Position numbers and translations under genes: made by a program. From a virus, in the IMG/VR virus record IMGVR_UViG_3300046002_004029, positions 3,576-67,575 of that record: a stretch of DNA of 64,000 bases; one strand, 5' to 3'. This document shows, one piece after another, positions 38,701 through 47,984 of the stretch; the stretch's first letter is position 1; each line of letters begins with the position of its first letter. The notes below the pieces were generated by a model. It was given only the letters and a program-made list of their open reading frames with translations, had not been told where the DNA came from and did no database searches.

Positions 38701-39971
38701 ATTCCTTCGCCAGCCATAGCAACTGGCATACCGAATTTTTTAAGCGCCGTTTGATACGCGAGAACTAAACCATTCTTCATTATAGAAGCACCTTGATCTA
38801 TACCCTCTTTTTTTATTATATCTTTATACACTTTACCAATACTACCTTCCCCTATAGATGAAAACACGCTTTCAGCCGCGGCCATACCAAATCCACTTAG
38901 AACTTGAGACATTTCAGAGTCCTCTGGATGTTCCTCTTTTTGTTGCCTAATATTAGGCCCAGCAAATAATGTTGTAGCTCCAATTGCTGTTTTAGCAATG
39001 CCCACTTCAGCTCCTCCTAACATCATCCCAATACTTACCGGAGCACTTTCTGCAATCCCGCTGCCAATTAATTTAAAAGCATCAGTCCAATTTCCATCAG
39101 CCATATTTTGAGATATGCTAGTTGAATCATAATTGGCATTGTCATATATATCGTTTTCTTTACCTATTCTTTTCTGTTCATTTATAAAATGATCCATTAC
39201 AGGGTTAGATGTACCGGTTTGAGTTTTAAATTTTTCGGGGGATGCTTCTAAATCTTTATTACCGGTAGCCCAAGCAATAGCATTTTGCGGCAAAGCAAAG
39301 AAACTATATGTAGTTTCAGGAACAGAAGCAAACATCTCTCCAACATAATTCAATCCTTTAGCAAGTCCGCTTAAACCACGTTCCGCATATGTTTCATCTT
39401 CAACTGATTTTTTCTTATTATTAGCTTTAGATAATAACTCCATAGATTTTAATTCTATGTCCGATGTCGAAAGTTTGTAATCCTCACCTTGCTCATATCC
39501 TTTTGATAGTAATGAAACTGCGCTGTCATCTATAGATTGTTTTTCTTCTGGTGATAAATATTTATAATTAAAAGTAGAAAAAGTGTCAAATACATTAGAA
39601 ACTGTTTTTTGTTCTTCTTCTTTTACTTTAATGCCGCTTGTTTTGATATTCTTTTCGCCTTTTGTATAAAATCCTTTAACAGAATCCAGTGTTTTTTCTT
39701 TAGCAAACTTTTTTGCATCAAATTCAATTTCGGGTTTTTGAACAACTGATTTGCTAACTGGCATTTTTTTCATTTTTTCTACTCCAAGTACGTCTATTTC
39801 CTGTGCCTTTGGAAATACCTCTTTTTGTTTTGGTACTGTTTTTTGTTTAGGTCGTAATGTTAAATTATTTTTCTTAATATACTCATTAATAGTCAACCCG
39901 TTCTGTAAAGCACGGGTTGTTATCTCGTTTTCTGGTAGTGTTACTCCATCTGTATCTACGTATTCAAACAT
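32712..39971 (-). CDS. Giant internal virion/ejection polyprotein (zincin + sigma region-2-like + PD-(D/E)xK-like)
   Basis: 2419 aa and last of three ejection-type genes. HEFMH at aa 721, sigma-like segment at about aa 1003-1075, nuclease-like segment from about aa 1415. Confidence 0.8.
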   Translation of the reverse strand: MFEYVDTDGVTLPENEITTRALQNGLTINEYIKKNNLTLRPKQKTVPKQKEVFPKAQEIDVLGVEKMKKMPVSKSVVQKPEIEFDAKKFAKEKTLDSVKGFYTKGEKNIKTSGIKVKEEEQKTVSNVFDTFSTFNYKYLSPEEKQSIDDSAVSLLSKGYEQGEDYKLSTSDIELKSMELLSKANNKKKSVEDETYAERGLSGLAKGLNYVGEMFASVPETTYSFFALPQNAIAWATGNKDLEASPEKFKTQTGTSNPVMDHFINEQKRIGKENDIYDNANYDSTSISQNMADGNWTDAFKLIGSGIAESAPVSIGMMLGGAEVGIAKTAIGATTLFAGPNIRQQKEEHPEDSEMSQVLSGFGMAAAESVFSSIGEGSIGKVYKDIIKKEGIDQGASIMKNGLVLAYQTALKKFGMPVAMAGEGIEEVATTITQNLIDNKKPFDNVLDSFIQGVAGGGLYGSPITIAKGISGFKDGVALYRVNSELKSDVSNSMLEAFNPNTPVSQAQINITKIKGAPKVLSNQIQDAINKGDMTEDEGNQIKKDFATTYGISKKLEPLNLLESKLPEAVQLSKEKNDLLRIVKHVGDKELTTPQLERIAEINIQLTGIARESVEATAAKRTGDKDKLTNEEAIEANISDDVNKARVAVEKLGLSNETEIPELKTANDVRTYLENNTKLSPEDINKYEDSNGLFVTLNNGKQALIVNQEEAAMGFNITTGQHEFMHKLVNKAIGQNPEMQAKVGESLYRHIEDYLGTEAFNRSEFKHRYNGYKLEFEQQNTKAKSILGTNASNLKEGKVSQEDHDAIVEKTNASLAKAKGNMLEETLPLLSESLSKGDIKYNETFFIKLGDLLRQVLQNIGIKNVNFGNGKDVFDFVRDYNKSFEKGEFTKAFKKLGTEGKISETKEVKESKSLELKKELEDLNEKYDEGYGDMDEAEYLPKKQNLEAKIKSAIKKESEAKTTEPTKSKEVTEEDEVKEIIKNERGTLSSDKVQQIYDKKGKEGAAEIISLFKPITKKIVDKRRDAPGFDRELLTDEIETGTGGILDLITKYKPESGIPLAAWINKYLPMRAIAASKRVLGTEFMKDAAEEVGLKATETADQNMTVNALEKPKYKNVLESNVFEPDVLKTINNKILTVVRTLKSKINEPVSLNKTVTPLIAEIRDEIGKQIDIDVKTAMGGKKDNQLKNWLLKNKKYVLENMTTTWLMGKDGQGGMPIAVQKRVDGRWVSFPEWVGKSIDRESVSTDQAGRTSGHELARRLPNVANNISNEEFLNQVIGPDGNPLRGRKESLAKAISEESAFDIITDDLNNEGLIYEAFTANQQRLGVELVNDVAIEVSRQVERGNVKLSMPTKDFNAISSKLFHTADEYGIESLEVENILNSIPEEDRYKIKQHVFEDHIDLVAKMQKIKAGIRGVAYESIILKELKALKIKGVKVLTKEVKGYDSTGDGDIHLQLGKDLLNIEVKLNALAQMGSFTINANFDNNTFSPTKELNISNELIDLLKSKLDKFEEYKKEAEKLGVKTDSWPYKVTKEQHSILKTKGFQKSLTVSIATDQKIIEQLYNGKNVHYINIGKHGLFALGKDKLNLGVPLLSSDVKLTARIVRGGDYNRIRVFPTLVNFKQKSKYNVDNATSNNALFSEYKRNTEIKQNIENSEIASNSFDAEKVRESKTLSPEFNKIIEETSGMEHYKEFSDIVARRRGATKNKFDFYVPPSAADFELLLYNFVGKGKQGEEHLKFFNDALLKPYTNGNDLMDAARQSIKREYKALTNAFPEVRKKIETLTPDKDFTYDQAIRVAMWTEAGIDIPGLSERDATKLTQLVADDPELNAFKNGLIVMGRQGPGWIEPTKHWDADTIIADLHNITEGDGRKKFLGEFIANVEQIFGKWDKGSLVGPNMNKIEAVYGTNVREAIEDVVYRMTSGKNRSSGKDKETSAWSNWINGSTGTIMFLNTRSAVLQLIGAVNFLNLRDNNPVSAAARFADQPQYWKDFAHIWNSDKMKERRGGLKDDVAAAEIANSAAGSKNKAVAVTSYLLKIGYTPTQLADSFAIASGGASFYRNRIKSYLKEGMSDAEAEKAAWNDFTKVSDETQQSGDPRDISKQQASGAGRLLLTFQNTAMQQSRIVKKSFLDLKNGRGDAKTHMAKIVYYLAIQNIMFSALQNGLFAVGFGSDDEEDEEKAKAKAKDKKRKIIDAADGVLDTILRGTGFYGGVAATLKNVALKYLDEKDKKFKADYAKVVLEAANISPPIGSKLRKIYSGLQSTKYDKDLIKERGWSIMQDGRVHLGPMYSITGKLVEAGTNIPMDRLVSKIENVSQALNSQNEAWQRVMVGLGWNPFTIGIENKADVEIKAKAKEVRKTESSVATVEKNKAERIKLRERLRGMTLEEKKVYKDSLKTEKRAQAKKRKMIWDIAEKNKNK

Positions 39972-40003
39972 ACTATTTTTTTATTTTATATTATAATTAT
40001 ATT

Positions 40004-41503
40004 TTATTTGCCAACATTAGCAATTATTGTAGCTTCATCCACAGGTATAAAATCACTTACGCCACTAACATCACTTTTTTGGTAATATCCAAATGATTTT
40101 TCAACTGGGTCATATACAAACTTAGTACCAAATACAGTGCCTTTGCCTGCTTTTTTTACTCTTGTTACTTCTGCACTTAACTTCTTATTGAATGCGGCGT
40201 TTTTAGCTCCGCTTACTCCGCCCGCTCCACTTTTTACGGTTTTTTGTTTTGGAGCAACGTATTTTTCAATAGTGCGCATTGGCTGACCGTTAACATCTGT
40301 TTGTACATATTCACCTTTTGGCAATGCTTGAGCAACGTAATAATTAGCAAATGCTTTTGCATATTTTTCATTATTTGCTAAAGCTTCCTGAGCGGACTCA
40401 ACATTTTGGCACATTGAATTATCCCCGCTAAAGTCGGGGTCATATTTATATCCAATACTATTATACCACATATTAAGTTTCATTGGACTATCCTGCATAC
40501 CCTCTATTTTAGCTTTTGCTAACTCCATTATTTCAGGTTGCGATGCTATAATTTTTATATTTGGTATTATTGTTTTAGTCTTGTAACTTGTTAAAGGGTT
40601 ACCTGTTTTTGCATCAGTTGTAGCAGTGCCTGATTCACGGGAATTTTCAGTAAATCCTCCACTTATGCTTTTAATATAGTCAATATTTATTTCCTCTGTA
40701 TACCCTTTGTTCTTATCTTTGTCAGTCTTTTTTTGAAATATAGAAGTTCTTACATTCATATCATTTATTGCATCCTTAGTGGATGGTAAACTAAATCTAG
40801 TGCTGCCTCCATAATTATTATTATAAACTGTCAACCCAGACTCTGTTATTTCTGGTAATGGTACATTTTTACCATCCATACTTGTAACATTAAATTTAGC
40901 CTGTACATCAAGTAGTTCACCATCGCTACCAAAAATAGCTCCGGGATTCATTGTGTTTTTAGAAAACCCTTTATTTTGGTATACTTTATTAATTGTATTC
41001 TCTTCATCCCAAGCAGCTTTCAACTCAGGACTAAATCCATATGACGTATTTGACATACCGCCTTCGGTACCTATATCGTGAGATAATACGTCCAGAGCCG
41101 CATCTGATCTAACTCCAGACTGAGTATAAAAAGATGTAAGTTTCCCCATTGAAGCCTGTTTAAGCCTATTAACCTTATTTATACTATCTGCGGTATTTTT
41201 ACCTTCTTGCTTATATATAGTATTAACTTGCGGAGCAAGAACAGCGGTAATATCATTAAAGTAGGCGTCATTATTACTATTGTTTACTCCTTTCCCTATA
41301 CCTGTTACTTCGCTACTATATTTATTAATATAATCAGCTTCTTTAGCTTCTGCTTCTTGTGCTAGTTTCCGTTCTTCTTCGTGTTTTTTAGAGATTGCCT
41401 TTATAGCTTCCGACGCGCTATTAGATACGGAACTAAGCATTTCTCTAATGTATTGTCCTGACTGAGTGTCTATCGCTATTTCTGGATTTGTGTATGCTCC
41501 CAT
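40004..41503 (-). CDS. Probable internal virion/ejection protein
   Basis: Position between the pilot-like and giant genes, with a helical N-terminus. Confidence 0.6.
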   Translation of the reverse strand: MGAYTNPEIAIDTQSGQYIREMLSSVSNSASEAIKAISKKHEEERKLAQEAEAKEADYINKYSSEVTGIGKGVNNSNNDAYFNDITAVLAPQVNTIYKQEGKNTADSINKVNRLKQASMGKLTSFYTQSGVRSDAALDVLSHDIGTEGGMSNTSYGFSPELKAAWDEENTINKVYQNKGFSKNTMNPGAIFGSDGELLDVQAKFNVTSMDGKNVPLPEITESGLTVYNNNYGGSTRFSLPSTKDAINDMNVRTSIFQKKTDKDKNKGYTEEINIDYIKSISGGFTENSRESGTATTDAKTGNPLTSYKTKTIIPNIKIIASQPEIMELAKAKIEGMQDSPMKLNMWYNSIGYKYDPDFSGDNSMCQNVESAQEALANNEKYAKAFANYYVAQALPKGEYVQTDVNGQPMRTIEKYVAPKQKTVKSGAGGVSGAKNAAFNKKLSAEVTRVKKAGKGTVFGTKFVYDPVEKSFGYYQKSDVSGVSDFIPVDEATIIANVGK

Positions 41504-41522
41504 TTATGTTTTTATATTTTAT

Positions 41523-42314
41523 TTATAAATTTGGTGATCCGTCCGCATTTACGGAATAGTTTGGTAGACTGGATTTTACATTACTAGGGGTTGATTTTGC
41601 ATAAGAACCTCCAACTGCACCAGCTATATTAGAAACAGCTCCTATACCCCCCGTAATCGCGCCCATTTTATCCGCGCTAGCTTGAGTCTGTTGTTGTTGT
41701 GCTCCCCCTAATTGAGCAGCAACACGATCCATTTTTTGCATTTCTCTGCCTTCCCGTGTTTGAAACATAAATTGAGCACCAGCAGCCTCTGTACTTTGTA
41801 TTCTTTGAGCTTCCGACATTTGTATATCTTGTACTCTTTGAGCTTGTTGCAATTGTACTTGTTCCATTTGTTGTTGGCCTTGTGCTTTTAATTTTTCATT
41901 ATTGGCCTCTTGCTGTTCTATGTCTGCAGTAACACCTTGTTTAGATTTTAATGCTGCCATTGCTAATGCAGTCGCTCCGCCGGCGCTTGCTCCGGTTTCT
42001 CTTAATGTATCTAACGTATTCGCTAAAGCTTGATCTGTTTCTTGTATTTGCATTTCTGTAGCAGCGGTAGCAACGCCAAGATTAGCATAAGGATTACTCA
42101 TTATTCCAGATAAATCTGTAGCCATACTACTGACATCTTTTGATGTAGCGTATGGGTTTATTATAGCTTGCCTATTAGCCTCCAATGAATTTAATTCTCT
42201 CTGCAATGCAGCCGCTTGTTTTTTAGCTGCCTTTTCTTTTTTGCTGGCTTTGCTAGCTCCAAATATACTACCAACAACTGATATGGCCATTCCGCCGACC
42301 GCTATATATGACAT
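41523..42314 (-). CDS. Probable ejection/pilot protein
   Basis: A/Q/G-rich coiled coil with Gly-rich hydrophobic ends. Confidence 0.65.
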   Translation of the reverse strand: MSYIAVGGMAISVVGSIFGASKASKKEKAAKKQAAALQRELNSLEANRQAIINPYATSKDVSSMATDLSGIMSNPYANLGVATAATEMQIQETDQALANTLDTLRETGASAGGATALAMAALKSKQGVTADIEQQEANNEKLKAQGQQQMEQVQLQQAQRVQDIQMSEAQRIQSTEAAGAQFMFQTREGREMQKMDRVAAQLGGAQQQQTQASADKMGAITGGIGAVSNIAGAVGGSYAKSTPSNVKSSLPNYSVNADGSPNL

Positions 42315-42317
42315 ATA

Positions 42318-42755
42318 TTATTTTTTTAATTGTTTAAATTTTTCATATTCTAAATAGTTTTTAGCTATCCAAGTGTTTTCAATACTTTCTAAGTCCATTT
42401 CATTATTTGGGTTTGGGTATACATTTATAAAAACGGAATCCTCATGGGCAACAACCGCTTTTTTTTCACCTGCTTTTGCTTTAACGTAACACGGAGCTTC
42501 ATAATCTTCTGTACCAGATATTGTAGTAACCGTTAATCGACCCTTCAGTAATATCCATAAATGTTCATATTTCTGTAGTTTTCCAATAGCAAAGGTATCT
42601 TTAGCCATTGTTAGTTCTCTAATATATAAACCATCCACAAATGTATGTTTTAAAGGGAACATTTCTGAATCCCCAACTACTAACCCTAATTCTTCACTAT
42701 GTTCAATTAAAGCGGTCTCCAATGCATCTATTTTGTCCCTTATTGTTAATTCCAT
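42318..42755 (-). CDS. Cupin-fold protein
   Basis: HTFVDGLYIRE...GKLQKYEHLWILLKG...APCYVKAKAGEK. Confidence 0.7.
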   Translation of the reverse strand: MELTIRDKIDALETALIEHSEELGLVVGDSEMFPLKHTFVDGLYIRELTMAKDTFAIGKLQKYEHLWILLKGRLTVTTISGTEDYEAPCYVKAKAGEKKAVVAHEDSVFINVYPNPNNEMDLESIENTWIAKNYLEYEKFKQLKK

Positions 42756-42768
42756 TTAATTTGTTTAT

Positions 42769-44448
42769 TTAGCCTGCATATGTAGAACTAACTGCCCACA
42801 ACTCTTTTTTTCCGCCAACATCAGTTATATTATCAGTTGATATTGTTACAGTTGCATATCTACCTTTTATTCCAGATATTTTATCACCCCAGATTATCTC
42901 GCCATTTGTAGGTTGGCTATTATTTATTAGGTTTGCATAGTATTTATTTTCATTTCGAACGAAACCAGCATAGTTGATTGGGGGTATTAATATAGCTGGG
43001 TATACACTACCATAATCATCATATGAACCACCTAAATAACTTCTTACCAATGCAATACTATCTTTAGTCATTTTCCAATTACCAAAAGTACCGTTTATAT
43101 CCTGCCCACGCTGGTCGCTATTAAAACTATTCACTTGCCATCCACTATCACCCTCGTAATTAACTGTTTGATATACCTTCGATGTACTAGATTCTTGATT
43201 AAATATAAAAGTTATAGTAGATGGACTAGCTATATTATAAAATGTGCCGGCATTTGTATTGTAATAACCGTTACTGTAATGCTCATACAGGTTGTTATGT
43301 TTAAAACTGTAAAATTTATTTTTAAGACTAGTAATAAATGTAGGTTTATATGTAAAATAACTTATCCATCCCGACACAAGCTCATCGAAAGATAGGGTAT
43401 TATAGTAATCGGAACTATCTATCCACGTTGGGCTTGACTGAATTGACAACGCATAGTTCTTGTTATGTATGTCATACCCACCTATAACTTTACTGCTAAA
43501 TAATGTAGTAAAAGATATTGTATCACCTAATGTTACACTACACCCTGGGTTTGATAAAATTATATTATTACCAGATTTATTTCTAACATATACTCCAGGT
43601 ATTACAGCATTATTTACATTTACACTCATACCAATCTGTATATTAGCAGTTTCGCCTGTAACAAGGATGCTGGTTAATACAGTATTAGTTTCGGAAACTA
43701 TAGTATCTATAATAAGTTCTCCACTATCTGGTAGTGCTGTTAATTGATCCCTAAAGTAATTAGACATCCCATAAGATGAAATTTCAGTAAGTCCATCCTG
43801 TGACAACCTTAACACCACATTACGATATTTATCTGTAAAGTATTTTTGATAACCATATGTAGCAAAACTTTCCGGGTTTTTACTTATGCCATAATTACCA
43901 GAATAAGCTTGGATAGTGCCTATCACGGCATCGGATGTGGTCATTGTTCCGCCTCCCTCTGCTGAATAGATTATATTTTTATCTATTGGCGCTCTACTCA
44001 CTTTATTCTCTTGTAATACTATCAAGTTCGTATCTTCAGCAAATAACTTTTGTATTGATCCATTAGCAGGATCTGTACTTTTGGTTATATCTTCTCCAAC
44101 AGAAAACTGATTTGAATTATTTACACCGGTTCTAGAATTAAATATTCCGGAATATATAAGGGAATTAAACCTATGTTGCTGGTTAGGATTTGACTCTACC
44201 AAATATGCTTTAACTCCTAAATCAACTTGAGTATTATTATACCCACCGTGTATTCTAGATTCTTCTATTACCCATTGGTCTATAGCAGCAACCGAGGCAT
44301 CACCTGGAAATGCAGGAACACCTTCTATTGGTATTACCGCATTATATGGATAACCATTAGGCCAAGTAGCTACTTCTGGTGCTCCTGTTTTTGATACCTG
44401 TTTTAACCAAAACGAATTAAAGTAGGATACTTCTATTACTGTTGCCAT
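42769..44448 (-). CDS. Tail stabilization/nozzle protein (C-terminal-type part)
   Basis: YGISKNPESFA, YFTD, RLSQDGLTEISSYGM..YF and ENKYYA, typical of crAss-like stabilization proteins. Confidence 0.75.
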   Translation of the reverse strand: MATVIEVSYFNSFWLKQVSKTGAPEVATWPNGYPYNAVIPIEGVPAFPGDASVAAIDQWVIEESRIHGGYNNTQVDLGVKAYLVESNPNQQHRFNSLIYSGIFNSRTGVNNSNQFSVGEDITKSTDPANGSIQKLFAEDTNLIVLQENKVSRAPIDKNIIYSAEGGGTMTTSDAVIGTIQAYSGNYGISKNPESFATYGYQKYFTDKYRNVVLRLSQDGLTEISSYGMSNYFRDQLTALPDSGELIIDTIVSETNTVLTSILVTGETANIQIGMSVNVNNAVIPGVYVRNKSGNNIILSNPGCSVTLGDTISFTTLFSSKVIGGYDIHNKNYALSIQSSPTWIDSSDYYNTLSFDELVSGWISYFTYKPTFITSLKNKFYSFKHNNLYEHYSNGYYNTNAGTFYNIASPSTITFIFNQESSTSKVYQTVNYEGDSGWQVNSFNSDQRGQDINGTFGNWKMTKDSIALVRSYLGGSYDDYGSVYPAILIPPINYAGFVRNENKYYANLINNSQPTNGEIIWGDKISGIKGRYATVTISTDNITDVGGKKELWAVSSTYAG

Positions 44449-44484
44449 TATTTAATAATTACTTGTTTTTTAATATATTTAAGT

Positions 44485-47400
44485 TTAGGTTGTTAGGTAA
44501 GCATCTACTATAAAGTCATCATCACTCTCTTCTATTGTAGTAACGGTATAAGAGTAGTTTATAGCGCCTGTATTATTTTCATAGTGAACCGTAGATCCTG
44601 GAATAATGTCTCCATTTTTTACCAAACGCACGGTTAATATTTCACCAAATCCTAATATTTCCGAAGTATAGAATCTACCTATTAATGTTGTATCGGGCAA
44701 AGGCCATACTATTGCTTTAATTTGGAGATCCAGTTTTGCATCGTAGTTTGTCGTAAGTACCTTGAAGTACAATGAAGTAAATGTGCTTCTCAAAAAACTT
44801 GCATTTGCCGTAAAAGATGGATCATCTATAGTTTGTAACGTAAAACCAAATGTTTTGTTTTGTGTTAACATTGCATATATAACTTCAAAATCATATAGTT
44901 CATATAACCCTCCAGCATCTTGTAGTTTAATATATATTCTATAGGGGGTTGTAGATACCACGGTAGAACTATTACTGACTATACCTAACCCTGATATTGA
45001 AAACCCTCTAAGTGTTGAGTCGTCCAAACCGCCAAGAGTAACATTTACTATAGACCAGGTTAGGCCTTGAGTTTGCATAGATAACAAAGCTAAAGTATTA
45101 ACTCCATTTATACCGTTAAAATCATATACTGTAGTTACACCATTTTCTAAGGAAATTGTATTACCACTAATTTTATTTGTTATTAAAGGAACAGTATTTG
45201 ATAATGACCCGGTTAATTGTAACTGTGTTGTAGTAGAATTTAGTACATCATAACAGTCAATGTTAAATGTAAAGTTTCTGGCATTTGCATCAAATGAACT
45301 TGTACTACCATAATAGAAAAAATCATCTGTAAATAATTTAAACTTTGATGGAGTAAGAATAGACGGGGTTACTGCATAGTTAAACAACGTAAACTTGGGA
45401 CTTATATCAGCTCCATTACCATCTATAACAGATGCTAAAGTGAAAACGATTTCAGTACCAATATTCTCACCTGAGGAGGATACGGTAGATACATTATCGA
45501 TAACCGTAGTGCCAATGTTAAAATTTTCATTTTGTGAATAAGGAGTACCTATTTTTAATCCAACTGGGCCAACAAATGTTTGACTTACTAGTCTATTTAA
45601 CTCTGAAATTAATCCAGTTGTACTAGTCTCAAAATATATATCTAATAAAGATTCTACAGGTGATGTTTCATAAATCCCTAACTTAATATTGTAACCAGCA
45701 GCAGCACTAGCGAGTTTTCCAATAGGTTGTTTAATAGATACTCTACCTATCAACGGATTTGTATCGCTTTGATAAAATTCAGGATATGCTAGGACAGTCC
45801 CTAATTGTTGATTATAATTTGTATCCGCTAATGTTGATATAGACACTACCGTATCTGCTAATATTCCAGGATAGTATTGTATACTGTATATATCTGTAAT
45901 AATTTCTTGCGGAGTAACTCTGCCGTACATTTGTACACTACTTCTATATTGCCTTTGGTCAGGGCCTACTTCTGTTAAGTCTCTGGGCACTTTGTTTATA
46001 TTATCATTAAATAAAACTATATTTGCTATTTCATCAGTTTCATCTAAAGTAGGTGTAGTACTATATGGATAACCATTAAGAATACCTGGGAGGTACACAT
46101 TATAGTAGTCTTGCTCAGTCTGTCTTACAACTATTTTATAAGAATACCAACCAAGTGGATTAGGTAGATTTACAGTCAATGTTAATGTCGCGTCAGTAGT
46201 TCCGCCCGTTACTTGTACTATATCACTATTTTGATAGCCAGTTCCTGGACTATGCACAGCAACGGTAATTAATCCACTGCCATCACTAGTATAGTCAACA
46301 GTAAGTCCAGAGCCAGAACCGCCGGTACAAGGTACATTAGTAGCGTCTATTGTATAACCCACGCCGGCTGTTAAAATAATTGCATTGTCAACACTATAAC
46401 TTGCGTCCTTATATATACCAGGATAACCATTTATAGTTGATATCGGCGGTATTGCAGAACTTGATCCTTCGGCTGTGTCAAATAATATTTTAAGAGAGTA
46501 ACCAGGCCAATTTAAAGCATTTGTACCAGCTGGAATATACGGAACATATATAGTTGATCCACCATATAAGGTGCCAGCATCAGTGGAGCCATTATCTTTA
46601 GATGATAATATTACAGAAGATTGTCTACCAAACCTATCGGATAAAACAATCCCTACTTGGTAATTTCTATTCTGTTTTAATGTTGAATTAGGATATTCTA
46701 TTTGAGTATATGCTTTGTTTTCTAATGGATCAACCGTTGGTTTTACACTATAACCTACTCCATAATTTAAAGATATAGGCGGTGAGTTTTTATCAAAAAA
46801 GTTTCCATAAACTATTCTATTACTAATTATTTCTTGAGTAAGAGACCTAACAGGTACTTTATCATATACTCTGATTGTTTGACTATCTGATATAGTCCTA
46901 AATGGTTTGGTTGATATATATTTAAAATCATATACATTTTTTACTGTATTACCAGCCATTTTACTAAGAATTTGTTGTATTGTAATTGTCTCTACAACTT
47001 TAACATTAGTACTATCTGATTGTTTATATAATATATCAACCTCAGACACGTGTAGGTCTGTTTTAGGATCATTTGATGGAAATATTATATTTAGTATTAC
47101 TTGTGATACGTTATTCTCCATAAATGATACTATGGTGCTTCTATATGCATTAGTAGCATCATCTGGTCCAAAGTATCCTTGTTGTTTTGGTATAAAACAT
47201 ATTTGTGTAAATGGTGCAAATATAGAGTATTCGCCATCATCAAACTTAAGCCTATAACTAAACCTAACTAACCTTTGCTGTAAATATTGTGGATCACCAC
47301 CCCAACTAGCTAGATAATCTGGATTGTCTACAGAAGGTATATCAGCAAATCCTTCATCAAGATATTCTTGGGATGGGTTTGACATAGTGGATTCTTTCAG

Positions 47401-47979
47401 AATACCGTCTTTTGCATTTAATAATTGTATGGCAGTAATCGGGGCATATTTCGCTACAGATATATGGTCTTCATTAAAATAATAGTTAAGGTTAACAGCG
47501 GCAGTGTCAATATTTATCTTTCTAGGTTGGTTTCTATTGTCCGTCCAAAAAAGTAAATTTTCAATAACATTCATACCGGTTATTGGACTATTTTTAGAAA
47601 AGTTAAGAAAATACCCTTCAACTAATTTAGTAGTAACATTTGTATCTGTATTAATTCTATATATATAACACTTAGCTGTTGTAGGAGCAAAGTTAGCTAA
47701 TCCTGAGGCAGAACTATCTACATAATTTGTTAGAAATATATAAAAACAACTTTTAGATAAATCTGGATATTGTCCTATAACATCCAGATTACTAATTGTT
47801 GTTTCTAAAGATTTTACTAAAGTATTGCCTAATACAGTTCCTAATGCTCCAACGTCAGAACCTTCTGCTCTACTTATTGAAATATTTTGAGCGCTTCTAT
47901 ATTCTCCACTAGGAACCAACCTATCATCTAGGTCCTGGTTCATTTTAGATTGTACAAAATTATTTTTAATTTCAATCAT
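44485..47979 (-). CDS. Tail stabilization/nozzle protein (N-terminal-type part)
   Basis: KMNQDLDDRLVPSGEYR.A.N, LLFWTDNRNQPRKINI, RIVYGNF and NRNYQVGIV. Confidence 0.8.
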   Translation of the reverse strand: MIEIKNNFVQSKMNQDLDDRLVPSGEYRSAQNISISRAEGSDVGALGTVLGNTLVKSLETTISNLDVIGQYPDLSKSCFYIFLTNYVDSSASGLANFAPTTAKCYIYRINTDTNVTTKLVEGYFLNFSKNSPITGMNVIENLLFWTDNRNQPRKINIDTAAVNLNYYFNEDHISVAKYAPITAIQLLNAKDGILKESTMSNPSQEYLDEGFADIPSVDNPDYLASWGGDPQYLQQRLVRFSYRLKFDDGEYSIFAPFTQICFIPKQQGYFGPDDATNAYRSTIVSFMENNVSQVILNIIFPSNDPKTDLHVSEVDILYKQSDSTNVKVVETITIQQILSKMAGNTVKNVYDFKYISTKPFRTISDSQTIRVYDKVPVRSLTQEIISNRIVYGNFFDKNSPPISLNYGVGYSVKPTVDPLENKAYTQIEYPNSTLKQNRNYQVGIVLSDRFGRQSSVILSSKDNGSTDAGTLYGGSTIYVPYIPAGTNALNWPGYSLKILFDTAEGSSSAIPPISTINGYPGIYKDASYSVDNAIILTAGVGYTIDATNVPCTGGSGSGLTVDYTSDGSGLITVAVHSPGTGYQNSDIVQVTGGTTDATLTLTVNLPNPLGWYSYKIVVRQTEQDYYNVYLPGILNGYPYSTTPTLDETDEIANIVLFNDNINKVPRDLTEVGPDQRQYRSSVQMYGRVTPQEIITDIYSIQYYPGILADTVVSISTLADTNYNQQLGTVLAYPEFYQSDTNPLIGRVSIKQPIGKLASAAAGYNIKLGIYETSPVESLLDIYFETSTTGLISELNRLVSQTFVGPVGLKIGTPYSQNENFNIGTTVIDNVSTVSSSGENIGTEIVFTLASVIDGNGADISPKFTLFNYAVTPSILTPSKFKLFTDDFFYYGSTSSFDANARNFTFNIDCYDVLNSTTTQLQLTGSLSNTVPLITNKISGNTISLENGVTTVYDFNGINGVNTLALLSMQTQGLTWSIVNVTLGGLDDSTLRGFSISGLGIVSNSSTVVSTTPYRIYIKLQDAGGLYELYDFEVIYAMLTQNKTFGFTLQTIDDPSFTANASFLRSTFTSLYFKVLTTNYDAKLDLQIKAIVWPLPDTTLIGRFYTSEILGFGEILTVRLVKNGDIIPGSTVHYENNTGAINYSYTVTTIEESDDDFIVDAYLTT

Positions 47980-47984
47980 CTATA

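Noticed and set aside
32712-39971. Giant protein as a crAss-like virion RNA polymerase
   Set aside because: No DxDGD or DFDID-type catalytic motif was seen. GDGD at about aa 1447 fits the nuclease-like segment instead.
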